Shown here in pieces: positions 17,235 through 24,000 of a DNA stretch of 24,000 nucleotides. Origin of the DNA: Candidatus Celerinatantimonas neptuna (GTDB taxonomy: Bacteria > Pseudomonadota > Gammaproteobacteria > Enterobacterales > Celerinatantimonadaceae); contig OU461276.1 of the NCBI GenBank assembly GCA_911810475.1, forward strand, positions 164,823 to 188,822. The letters run 5' to 3'. The position numbers were made by a program, and so were the translations under genes. How positions within the stretch are numbered: position 1 is the first letter of the stretch; every line of letters starts with the position of its first letter. Under the pieces are notes generated by a model. It worked only from the letters and a program-made list of their open reading frames with translations, was not told the origin of the DNA and did no database searches.

Positions 17235-17624
17235 ATGAAGAAAATAATCGCATTGTTTGTTCTTGCCGCCTCTATGCTTAGTCTGCCAGCTTTTGCCGGG
17301 CAAGATGTTGGCGTGATCATGCATCAAATGGCAAAAAGCTATCGGGCCGTAATGGACGATAAAACCTTAGCCGACATCAAAGTCGATCTTACCAAATTAG
17401 ACACTGCCGTTAAAAAAGCGCAAAACAGCGTGCCTGACTTTTTAGCGAGTAAACCTGCAACAGATCCAATGCGGGTCGCGTATCGGGAAGGGATCAACAA
17501 ACTTCTCAAACAAATTGCTATCGCTCAGGAATATGCAAACGAAGGCAATTTCAATAAAGCGCAGGAAGCTGCGGCTAAGCTCAACGCCATTAAGCATTAC
17601 TATCATCACAAATTAGGCGTTTAA
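17235..17624 (+). CDS. cybC: Soluble cytochrome b562 family protein
   Basis: Signal peptide MKKIIALFVLAASMLSLPAFA. ANEGNFNKAQEAAAKLNAIKHYYHHK parallels E. coli b562 [28 protein letters not shown]. Candidate Met and His haem ligands are present. Confidence 0.8.
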   Translation: MKKIIALFVLAASMLSLPAFAGQDVGVIMHQMAKSYRAVMDDKTLADIKVDLTKLDTAVKKAQNSVPDFLASKPATDPMRVAYREGINKLLKQIAIAQEYANEGNFNKAQEAAAKLNAIKHYYHHKLGV

Positions 17625-17634
17625 ATCCTCTCAA

Positions 17635-17666
17635 ATAAGAAGGCCCGCAATCGCGGGCCTTCTTAT
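17635..17666. terminator. Bidirectional intrinsic terminator between cybC and the MFS gene
   Basis: Perfect 14-bp stem ATAAGAAGGCCCGC / GCGGGCCTTCTTAT with loop AATC, lying between convergent stop codons. Confidence 0.8.
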
Positions 17667-17683
17667 ACCAAATAAAGGTTAAT

Positions 17684-18898
17684 TTAAGCTTCCGTAGCTT
17701 CTGACATTTTCATTCCACGGGTTTCCCGTCCCCCGAAAGAAACCAATAAAGCAATCAGAACAGCAACCGTTCCTGCAACAATAGCCATCGCCAGGCCATA
17801 ATTTCCGCCATGGGTTGAAGCAATATGTGCCTGCATCGTTGCATTCACCGAAGCCAGTAAATTCCCGGTCTGATAGACAAAACTTGGTAATATAGCCCGT
17901 ACCCCGGCAGGGACCAATTCATTCAAATAGGTAGGAATAACCCCCCATGCCCCCTGAACCATGAATTGCATCAGAAAAGCGCCGATACCGACAGACAAAG
18001 AGCCACTTGAAAACGCCCATAAAGGTAAAACAGGCAAAGCCAGAATTGCAGCGATTATAATTGCTTTTTTACGGCCAATTTTTTCAGAAATAGAACCGAA
18101 AAATATTCCGCCCAGAATAGCAGCAATATTATAACTAATTGCGATAATACTGATGGTATGGGCTGAAAACTGTTGCTGTACCTTCAAAAATGTCGGGTAC
18201 ATATCCTGGGTTCCGTGGCTAAAAAAATTAAAGCATGTCATCAATGCCACCATGAAAATACAGACACGCCAGTTCTGACGAATCACCGGCCACAACGCAA
18301 CTTTCTCTTTACGATGCCGGGCACTTAACCAAACAGGTGATTCAGGTACTTTAAAATAGATATACGGCAATAATAAAATAGGTAACGCTCCAATTAAGAA
18401 CATACCCCGCCAGCCAACCACCGAATAAAACAGACCGAAAATAACCGAAGAAAGCAGATATCCGGCCGGGTATCCTGCCTGAAAGACACCTGACATCAGC
18501 CCCCGAGAGCGATCAGGTATTGTTTCCATCACCAGAGCAGAAGCTACGCCCCATATACCGCCCATCGCTATCCCATACAAAACCCTGAAGATCATAAAGG
18601 CCATAAATGTTGGCGACCAGGCTGAAAGTAATTCAAACACTGAAAACAAAATAATGTTGGTCATAAGAATAGGTCGCCGCCCATATTTCTCAGCCAGCCG
18701 ACCAAAGATTAGAGCGCCAATTGGCCTGACAGCCAGAGTCAGCATGATAGCCAACGACACTTCTGTTACCGAAGTGTGAAAATTACCCGCAATATCACTT
18801 AAAACAAAGACAAGGATAAAAAAGTCAAATGCATCTAACGTCCAGCTTGCAAAACTAGCAAAAGCAACGTTTCGCTGGGTTGAGGTCCAGTTAAACAT
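17684..18898 (-). CDS. MFS transporter (NanT/YjhB-like metabolite:H+ symporter)
   Basis: 12-TM-type hydrophobic profile. LDAFDFFILVFVL and GRLAEKYGRRP (MFS loop 2-3 motif). Length 404 aa. Confidence 0.85.
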   Translation of the reverse strand: MFNWTSTQRNVAFASFASWTLDAFDFFILVFVLSDIAGNFHTSVTEVSLAIMLTLAVRPIGALIFGRLAEKYGRRPILMTNIILFSVFELLSAWSPTFMAFMIFRVLYGIAMGGIWGVASALVMETIPDRSRGLMSGVFQAGYPAGYLLSSVIFGLFYSVVGWRGMFLIGALPILLLPYIYFKVPESPVWLSARHRKEKVALWPVIRQNWRVCIFMVALMTCFNFFSHGTQDMYPTFLKVQQQFSAHTISIIAISYNIAAILGGIFFGSISEKIGRKKAIIIAAILALPVLPLWAFSSGSLSVGIGAFLMQFMVQGAWGVIPTYLNELVPAGVRAILPSFVYQTGNLLASVNATMQAHIASTHGGNYGLAMAIVAGTVAVLIALLVSFGGRETRGMKMSEATEA

Positions 18899-19378
18899 AA
18901 GGTATTCCTGTAGAGAAAGCCCATTGGGCCTGTATTAGAATAATTGGCATTCAATCACGACCACTCTACTTTAGTGTCAAAGCTAACCGGCCTAAAGCAG
19001 ACGCGAAAAAATGCCTGTTTATTTTTTGTTATTATTTGTTTTATACAATGTATATAATTTGTATTCTTCTACAGTGATCACGGATTTTCATCTTTCTGGC
19101 CAGAGTGCAGCTCAAATAGTTATAAAAACAGGCTATAGAGGATTAAAAATAAAATTATGGGTGTTTTTTAACACATTTAAATCAACCTTAGCCGGTACAA
19201 GAAATAGCAATTAAATTGTGGGGCTCATAGCGCTATAGCATCTGTGCAACAGCTTAGCTTACTTCATAGCCAGGTTCTTATTATCCACATGAAATGTATG
19301 AATATATTAAAGGGATAGACATTCGAATCTCGATGCTGCAAAGTAGATTAATCCCCTTAAGACAATAAAGGATGAACG

Positions 19379-19768
19379 ATGTTTAGCCATATTATGCTTG
19401 GTACAAACGATATTGAAAAATCAAAGCATTTCTATGATGCCATAATGGAGGTTTTGGGTTATGAACCAGGTGTCATTGATGAGAAAGGACGTTGTTTTTA
19501 TAGAGGCGCTGATGGTGTCTTCATAATCACCAAACCGATAAATCAAGAGCCAGCAACACATGGCAATGGCATGACCATTGGTTTTAAAGTCAACAGCCCT
19601 GAACGGGTGGATGCATGGCATGCCGCCGGAATAGCTCACGGAGGAACTTCCTGTGAAAACCCTCCGGGTATTCGGGATAATGGCGAAAGAAAAATGTACC
19701 TGGCCTATTTGCGGGATCCAACAGGGAATAAACTCTGTGCAACCCACCTTGTGTCATCTGCAAAATAA
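19379..19768 (+). CDS. VOC-family (glyoxalase/bleomycin-resistance/dioxygenase fold) protein
   Basis: MFSHIMLGTNDIEKSKHFYDAIMEVLGY and YLAYLRDPTGNKLCA are typical VOC beta-alpha-beta-beta-beta modules. AAGGA precedes the ATG. Confidence 0.8.
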   Translation: MFSHIMLGTNDIEKSKHFYDAIMEVLGYEPGVIDEKGRCFYRGADGVFIITKPINQEPATHGNGMTIGFKVNSPERVDAWHAAGIAHGGTSCENPPGIRDNGERKMYLAYLRDPTGNKLCATHLVSSAK

Positions 19769-19801
19769 AAAGCTGACCAATAGCCAGGATTTTAACCTAT
19801 G

Positions 19802-19860
19802 AACCTCAATTTAGGATAATAAAACGTTTTCGACATAGAATTCAGTCCGACGTTGAGGTT
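19802..19860 (-). repeat. Copy C (short form) of the AACCTCAAC...GTTGAGGTT repeat family
   Basis: The left arm AACCTCAATTTAGGATAATAAA matches copy B arm AACCTCAACTCGGGATAAGAAG at 17 of 22 positions. The right end is GTTGAGGTT (19852-19860). It lies between the convergent VOC and nuclease genes. Confidence 0.6.
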
Positions 19861-19894
19861 GATTGCCTTTCATCGACCATAAAAAAAATCAAAA

Positions 19895-20806
19895 TTAATA
19901 AGGTTCGTACTCAATAGAGATCGGGCAGTGATCACTTAAATTATAGGCTTTTGCCTGAGCTTTACTGACGGTCGTTTGTTTAAAACTTGAACTCAGGCCT
20001 GATGGTTGGGCCAGATCATTAAAAACGATATGGTCTATATATTTGGTATATTGATGCATGGTCACTTTACCGGAAGAACTCGTCGACTTACTCCAACATT
20101 TGCTATGTTTGCCCTGTGTTGCCAGATAAAGCTGAACATAGTCATCATCGACCCCTTCAAGTTCATTTAAAAACCAATGGTTGGTATTATCAGCCATCCG
20201 CCGGTTAAAATCCCCCAGAATAGCAAACGAAACATTCTCCCCTTCACGGGCTTTCACCCATTTATGTAAAACAACAACCTGCTTCGCCAATGTTTTACAT
20301 GATGACGAATACGTTTTACTCTGATAAAAACAACTACTTTTCAGGTGAACGGCCAATAACCGCAGGTAAGCTTTTCCATTCTGATATAACGTGATATCAA
20401 CACCATTACGTAGATGATTATCATTATTGACATCCATACTGACATCCGCATGACGCTTGTATGAAATACCTTTACGAATCGCAAATCCTGTATATTGTAT
20501 CCATTCTCCTTCATCAGGTGGCTCCGTAGCACGGGTTGACATTTCAATATTAAAATCGCTACCGATCACTTTCTTTAACGCCGACTTTGTCCCTACTTCT
20601 TCAAATGCCATGACATCCATATCCGCACTTTTAAACATCGCTCCCATTTTTTCATAATCTTCATCACTGCGGGAAGGTCCTTTGGGTGATGCACCACCAT
20701 CCAACCATTCCATGTTCCATGTCCCAATTCGAACCGTTTGCTCAGCAAAGCAGTTCAAACTCAGCAATATTAGCAAAGCACAAACTCCATTGAATAATGC
20801 CTTCAT
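19895..20806 (-). CDS. Secreted endonuclease/exonuclease/phosphatase (EEP, DNase I-like) family protein
   Basis: Signal peptide MKALFNGVCALLILLSLNCFAEQ. EEP motifs VRIGTWNMEWL, DVMAFEEV, AVHLKS, ILGDFN, and the C-terminal LSDHCPISIEY. Confidence 0.85.
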   Translation of the reverse strand: MKALFNGVCALLILLSLNCFAEQTVRIGTWNMEWLDGGASPKGPSRSDEDYEKMGAMFKSADMDVMAFEEVGTKSALKKVIGSDFNIEMSTRATEPPDEGEWIQYTGFAIRKGISYKRHADVSMDVNNDNHLRNGVDITLYQNGKAYLRLLAVHLKSSCFYQSKTYSSSCKTLAKQVVVLHKWVKAREGENVSFAILGDFNRRMADNTNHWFLNELEGVDDDYVQLYLATQGKHSKCWSKSTSSSGKVTMHQYTKYIDHIVFNDLAQPSGLSSSFKQTTVSKAQAKAYNLSDHCPISIEYEPY

Positions 20807-20879
20807 GAATTCCTCCGGGTTGACTTATGACAGGCTTATTGAGTTTTACATAAAATAAAGTATCCGCTTTACTTTTTTT

Positions 20880-20915
20880 AGATAGACATAAAAATTTAAT
20901 CTATCTTTTTGTCAA
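20880..20915 (-). promoter_or_regulatory. Candidate promoter/operator of the EEP nuclease gene
   Basis: The minus strand has a perfect TTGACA (20910-20915). It is followed by the inverted repeat AGATAGA (20880-20886) / TCTATCT (20900-20906), which spans the spacer and -10 region. The -10 hexamer itself is poor. Confidence 0.3.
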
Positions 20916-20939
20916 AAGAAAACATAATCACCTGCATGA

Positions 20940-21578
20940 TCAATTAGTTGAACAATTTGGTTTTTCATCAAAGACATAACAAACCAATGGTTGCAGGTTA
21001 TCGATACACTCAGGATGACAGTACATTGCCTCAAATAAACAATAAGCCTGCGGATCATGGCGCTGCAAATAGTTAAAGCTTTTCTTATGCCCCAGAAACC
21101 ACATTCCCCGAAGTTCAAAATAGATATTTAATAACTCGAATTGCAGCCAGGTCCGCCGGTAATGCCCGTCTAAATTATCGATTAAAGCCCGGGAGAGCAT
21201 CTTATCGATCCATTGCTTTAAATAGGCACGATCAGCCTGACTGATCAGAGCGGGTCCTTTAGCTAATTTTTCTCGGATCTGTCTAAGAAAAGGTTCTCCC
21301 AGCCCCCGCTCATCCAAAACCACGTACCCATCACCAAACCGAAAAGTACCAGACGATATATCATTAAGTGATGATGTTGGATAAACCCAGGCATCTAAAT
21401 AAACATCATAGAATAACCGGGCGTCCTTAACTTCTTCTGATTCATCACGAAAACAGGCAATATCAATATCGCTCTGCGCCGTTGAATCACCTCTTGCCCG
21501 GGAACCATAAAGAATAATCGTATGAGGATGATATGTTTTAATTAGCTCTTGCACAGCTAACTCAACCAGTGTGCTCAT
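20940..21578 (-). CDS. Pol-beta-superfamily nucleotidyltransferase with a helical C-terminal (KNTase/HEPN-like) domain
   Basis: NTase motif ILYGSRARGDSTAQSDIDIACF (G[S]x9-13 DxD), then an alpha-helical C-terminal half containing RGMWFLGH. Length 212 aa. Confidence 0.75.
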   Translation of the reverse strand: MSTLVELAVQELIKTYHPHTIILYGSRARGDSTAQSDIDIACFRDESEEVKDARLFYDVYLDAWVYPTSSLNDISSGTFRFGDGYVVLDERGLGEPFLRQIREKLAKGPALISQADRAYLKQWIDKMLSRALIDNLDGHYRRTWLQFELLNIYFELRGMWFLGHKKSFNYLQRHDPQAYCLFEAMYCHPECIDNLQPLVCYVFDEKPNCSTN

Positions 21579-21597
21579 ATCGGATTTACCTGAAATA

Positions 21598-22041
21598 TCA
21601 AAGCTGAAAGAATTCTAATATCACCTGATCCGGCAATCGCTTCGCCTGACAGGAAAAGACATAGTGCGTGAGCCAGCAATATTTCTCACTATAGACTTCA
21701 AACGTTGGCGTCGTTCTAAAGTAATACAAAGCCGGATCAATAAACTCGCCTCGCTTCACTTGTTCAATATAAGGCTCAGGAACGGTTCTTATTCCATTAT
21801 TTTCTATATAGATCCCTTCACCATCATCCAGTTGAATTGCATACCGGGCTGATAATTCACAAATACCATTTGGACGAATAATCTGACTATCAATACCACC
21901 GGGTAATACAATGCCATTGAATTGTTCACCGATTAATTTCCCGGATAAAATAGGAATGAGTTGCCGTCTGCCAGATATTTCATCCTGGCCAACCAGAATT
22001 GGCTTTGCAACTTCAACTTGAATCTCAAATACCTTTTTCAT
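21598..22041 (-). CDS. DUF3237 (UPF0311) family protein
   Basis: GRRQLIPILSGKLIG..GIVLPGGIDSQIIRPNGICELSARYAIQLDDGEGIYIENNGIR..DPALYYFRTTPTFEV..YCWL follows the DUF3237 consensus pattern. It ends 19 nt upstream of the NTase gene. Confidence 0.8.
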   Translation of the reverse strand: MKKVFEIQVEVAKPILVGQDEISGRRQLIPILSGKLIGEQFNGIVLPGGIDSQIIRPNGICELSARYAIQLDDGEGIYIENNGIRTVPEPYIEQVKRGEFIDPALYYFRTTPTFEVYSEKYCWLTHYVFSCQAKRLPDQVILEFFQL

Positions 22042-22046
22042 AAAAA

Positions 22047-22185
22047 AACCTCAACTCGGGATAAGAAGTCACAATGAATAACGATTGATTCATAATATAT
22101 CAGCCTTGTTTTCTGATGTAGAATTTAACGTCGAAATCGACTTTAATCCCTATCAGAAAAAGTCTTCTTATCCCAAGTTGAGGTT
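22047..22185 (-). repeat. Copy B (full length, 139 bp) of the AACCTCAAC...GTTGAGGTT inverted-repeat element
   Basis: The arms AACCTCAACTCGGGATAAGAAG (22047-22068) and CTTCTTATCCCAAGTTGAGGTT (22164-22185) are reverse complements, apart from one position that gives a G-U pair in RNA. The inner 22131-22185 is homologous to copy A. Confidence 0.8.
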
Positions 22186-22215
22186 ATTTAGGTTTATTGA
22201 AATTGCTAAAACAAT

Positions 22216-22241
22216 AAAGGCCACTCAGATCGGTGGCCTTT
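22216..22241 (-). terminator. Intrinsic terminator of the S8 peptidase gene
   Basis: AAAGGCCAC (22216-22224) / GTGGCCTTT (22233-22241) with an 8-nt loop. On the minus strand it is followed by ATTGTTTTAG. It lies 22 nt after the stop codon. Confidence 0.65.
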
Positions 22242-22262
22242 TCAATAACAAAAAAACTTAGT

Positions 22263-24000
22263 TTATTGTTTTCCCAATTCTTTTTTTAGATATTTAAAGG
22301 CAGCGACAGCATCCACTTCACCTGCACCAGTAACAGGATCCCAGCCTTTACTCGCACGACCAGAATAAACATCATGGGCAGTAGAAACCAATGCTTTACG
22401 AATTAGGGAATTCGAGACGTCTTTTCCTGCATATTGTTTCAATACTGCAGCCAATGCAGCCGCCACCGGAGCTGCTGCTGAAGTTCCATAGTAATTAGGA
22501 TAACCATCGGGCTCTCCGTAAATGTCCCACGATGAAGGATCATCTTTTCCAAAAAATGTCGTATCCCCACCATCTGGTGCTGCCAATGTAGGACCACTAC
22601 GTGTAGAAAGGTCTAAATCACCATTAACATTAAAATAAAACTGATGAGTCAAAGCACCTTTTGAACTCTCAGTCTCTGGTTTCGTCTTATTTTGTGCGAC
22701 ATCATAAATACTCCAGTTCCATGGCATTGAACCAACAGTAATCGCACCTTTTGTCCAGGCATGTCCATTCATCACCGGCGCATTAAAGGTCACGCCCCCA
22801 CCCACTTTAATATCATCAGAGGTCGGTTCAGGGAAACGTAGATCAAGTAAAACAGGCACATTTTTATCCTGAGGAATAAAATCGGTATTGCCAGACCAAT
22901 GGTTCACCGCTAAATATACAGTCACCGTTGAGCTTGAGGTATTATTATAACCAACCTGTTCGTAAGGATCATTATAATATCCTTTTCCCTGATGGTTATC
23001 ACTATAGGTAATCTGAGACATTTTCCCATTTGAATTTTTTCTAAACAAAAATAAATCAAAATCGATTAATGGGAAATTCACTTTATTTTTTTGAAAACTG
23101 ATATAAGGCTGATTCCAGGTTAAATCTGCCCGAAACTTCGAATTAGCAGGGATGGTAATCGGTAAAAAGGCACTACCATTTGGCCACTCCTGAAAATCAT
23201 CACCATAAGTTATTTTAGTACCTGTAGCAGAATGAGCATCACGGATACTGGGGTTAATATCTTTATATTTGAACTGATAATCGCGATCTGCATCATTTCC
23301 TGCGATAGTAAAGTACATCACGCCTTTTTTTATACAGTTCTGAATAGCCTGATTAGTAATACCTTCCTGATAATAAGGCTCTCCAAAATAAAATGCGTCA
23401 TCAACAATAATATCGACGCCTGGGCCACCATTCGCTTTGGATTTACATAGATCATTTAACGAGTTAACAAAGGTCTCCTGACTTGTTGGCGCAGCACTGT
23501 GAAATGAAATCGCAGCACCCGGAGCGATATCATGAATAACTTCAGCCATCGCGGCACCTTCATCTTCACCAGAATAAGAAGAGGAACAAGAATCCCCCTG
23601 AATATCCACTTTTGCCGGAAGGTCACCGGTTAATTGATCTTTTGCATTTTCCAGAATTCCTGCTTTACATTTAGCAGGCGTCGTATCCGATCCCCTAACA
23701 CCACTGGTATGAGAAAAACTGCCAGAAATAATACCAATACGGATACCTTTTCCGGTTAAATTTGGCATCAACTTAGCCAGTCTATCCATTCCTATAGAAT
23801 TATATCCTCTATTAAAAGCTTTTCCCGTACCACTCCCTTCACCACTCACAAGTGACGCGTGCAATAATACCGGGAGTTTAATTAATGATTTAACATTTGA
23901 GTGGCGGGTAACAGCTACAGCAGCTTGATTATAATCTTTAGAGATACTAAGAACATTAACCCCTAATGATGATAACTGCTGTTTTAAATTAGATGGTATA
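22263..24000 (-). CDS. S8 (subtilisin-like) family serine peptidase, 5'-partial (continues beyond the window end)
   Basis: DEGAAMAEVIHDIAPGA (His region), YFTIAGNDA (oxyanion Asn) and YYGTSAAAPVAAALAAVLKQ (catalytic Ser). The frame stays open upstream of the track start at 23864 (..VNVLSISKDYNQAAVAVTRHSNVKSLIKLPVLL..) through nt 24000. Confidence 0.8.
   Translation of the reverse strand, partial: IPSNLKQQLSSLGVNVLSISKDYNQAAVAVTRHSNVKSLIKLPVLLHASLVSGEGSGTGKAFNRGYNSIGMDRLAKLMPNLTGKGIRIGIISGSFSHTSGVRGSDTTPAKCKAGILENAKDQLTGDLPAKVDIQGDSCSSSYSGEDEGAAMAEVIHDIAPGAAISFHSAAPTSQETFVNSLNDLCKSKANGGPGVDIIVDDAFYFGEPYYQEGITNQAIQNCIKKGVMYFTIAGNDADRDYQFKYKDINPSIRDAHSATGTKITYGDDFQEWPNGSAFLPITIPANSKFRADLTWNQPYISFQKNKVNFPLIDFDLFLFRKNSNGKMSQITYSDNHQGKGYYNDPYEQVGYNNTSSSTVTVYLAVNHWSGNTDFIPQDKNVPVLLDLRFPEPTSDDIKVGGGVTFNAPVMNGHAWTKGAITVGSMPWNWSIYDVAQNKTKPETESSKGALTHQFYFNVNGDLDLSTRSGPTLAAPDGGDTTFFGKDDPSSWDIYGEPDGYPNYYGTSAAAPVAAALAAVLKQYAGKDVSNSLIRKALVSTAHDVYSGRASKGWDPVTGAGEVDAVAAFKYLKKELGKQ

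Noticed and set aside
19011-19214. 67-aa ORF in the MFS/VOC intergenic region
   Set aside because: It has no SD, lies in AT-rich low-complexity sequence (MPVYFLLLFVLYNVYNLY..), and shows no domain. It is more likely non-coding. The 480-bp spacer itself showed no convincing structure by eye.
19421-19747. 108-aa minus-strand ORF
   Set aside because: It is antisense to the VOC-family CDS.
20341-21118. ORFs 20341-20547 (-), 20457-20657 (+) and 20912-21118 (-)
   Set aside because: They are out-of-frame or antisense overlaps with the EEP and NTase genes and have no support.
1-24000. Looked for CRISPR arrays, rRNA, phage structural genes, restriction-modification, toxin-antitoxin pairs and known defence-system signatures
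   Set aside because: No regularly spaced direct repeats, cas-like proteins, methyltransferase/endonuclease pairs (trmN6 is a tRNA enzyme), reverse transcriptases, or STAND/SIR2/TIR-type proteins were seen by eye. Only HMM searches could exclude divergent cases.

Overview
This is a chromosomal segment of a moderately AT-rich gammaproteobacterium. Local synteny matches E. coli (xerD divergent from fldB, trmN6/yfiC divergent from srmB) and several proteins look marine or Vibrionaceae-like, but the taxon cannot be fixed from sequence alone. Left to right: a decayed IS630 transposase; an AT-rich divergent MerR/EthD pair; a ketopantoate-reductase-family gene; a DUF134 plus NifX-like two-gene operon; Mn superoxide dismutase sodA and a 73-aa orphan, each behind a Fur-box-like operator; tRNA-Gly(CCC); xerD; fldB; a LacI-type-regulated cellobiose-class PTS/GH1 operon (IIB, IIC, 6-P-beta-glucosidase, IIA, regulator) with a perfect 34-bp palindromic operator; a divergent orphan IIC paralogue; Ppx/GppA; trmN6; srmB; cytochrome b562; an MFS transporter; a VOC protein; and an accessory-looking block (secreted EEP nuclease, nucleotidyltransferase, DUF3237, and an S8 peptidase running off the window). 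I saw no CRISPR array, rRNA, prophage or recognisable defence system. The most unusual structure is a family of three inverted-repeat elements with termini AACCTCAAC...GTTGAGGTT, each lying immediately 3' of a minus-strand gene. Two copies bracket the nuclease-NTase-DUF3237 module. The full-length copy forms a 22-bp stem plus U-run that buries the Shine-Dalgarno of the DUF3237 gene. All calls come from reading motifs by eye; no database search or folding program was run.
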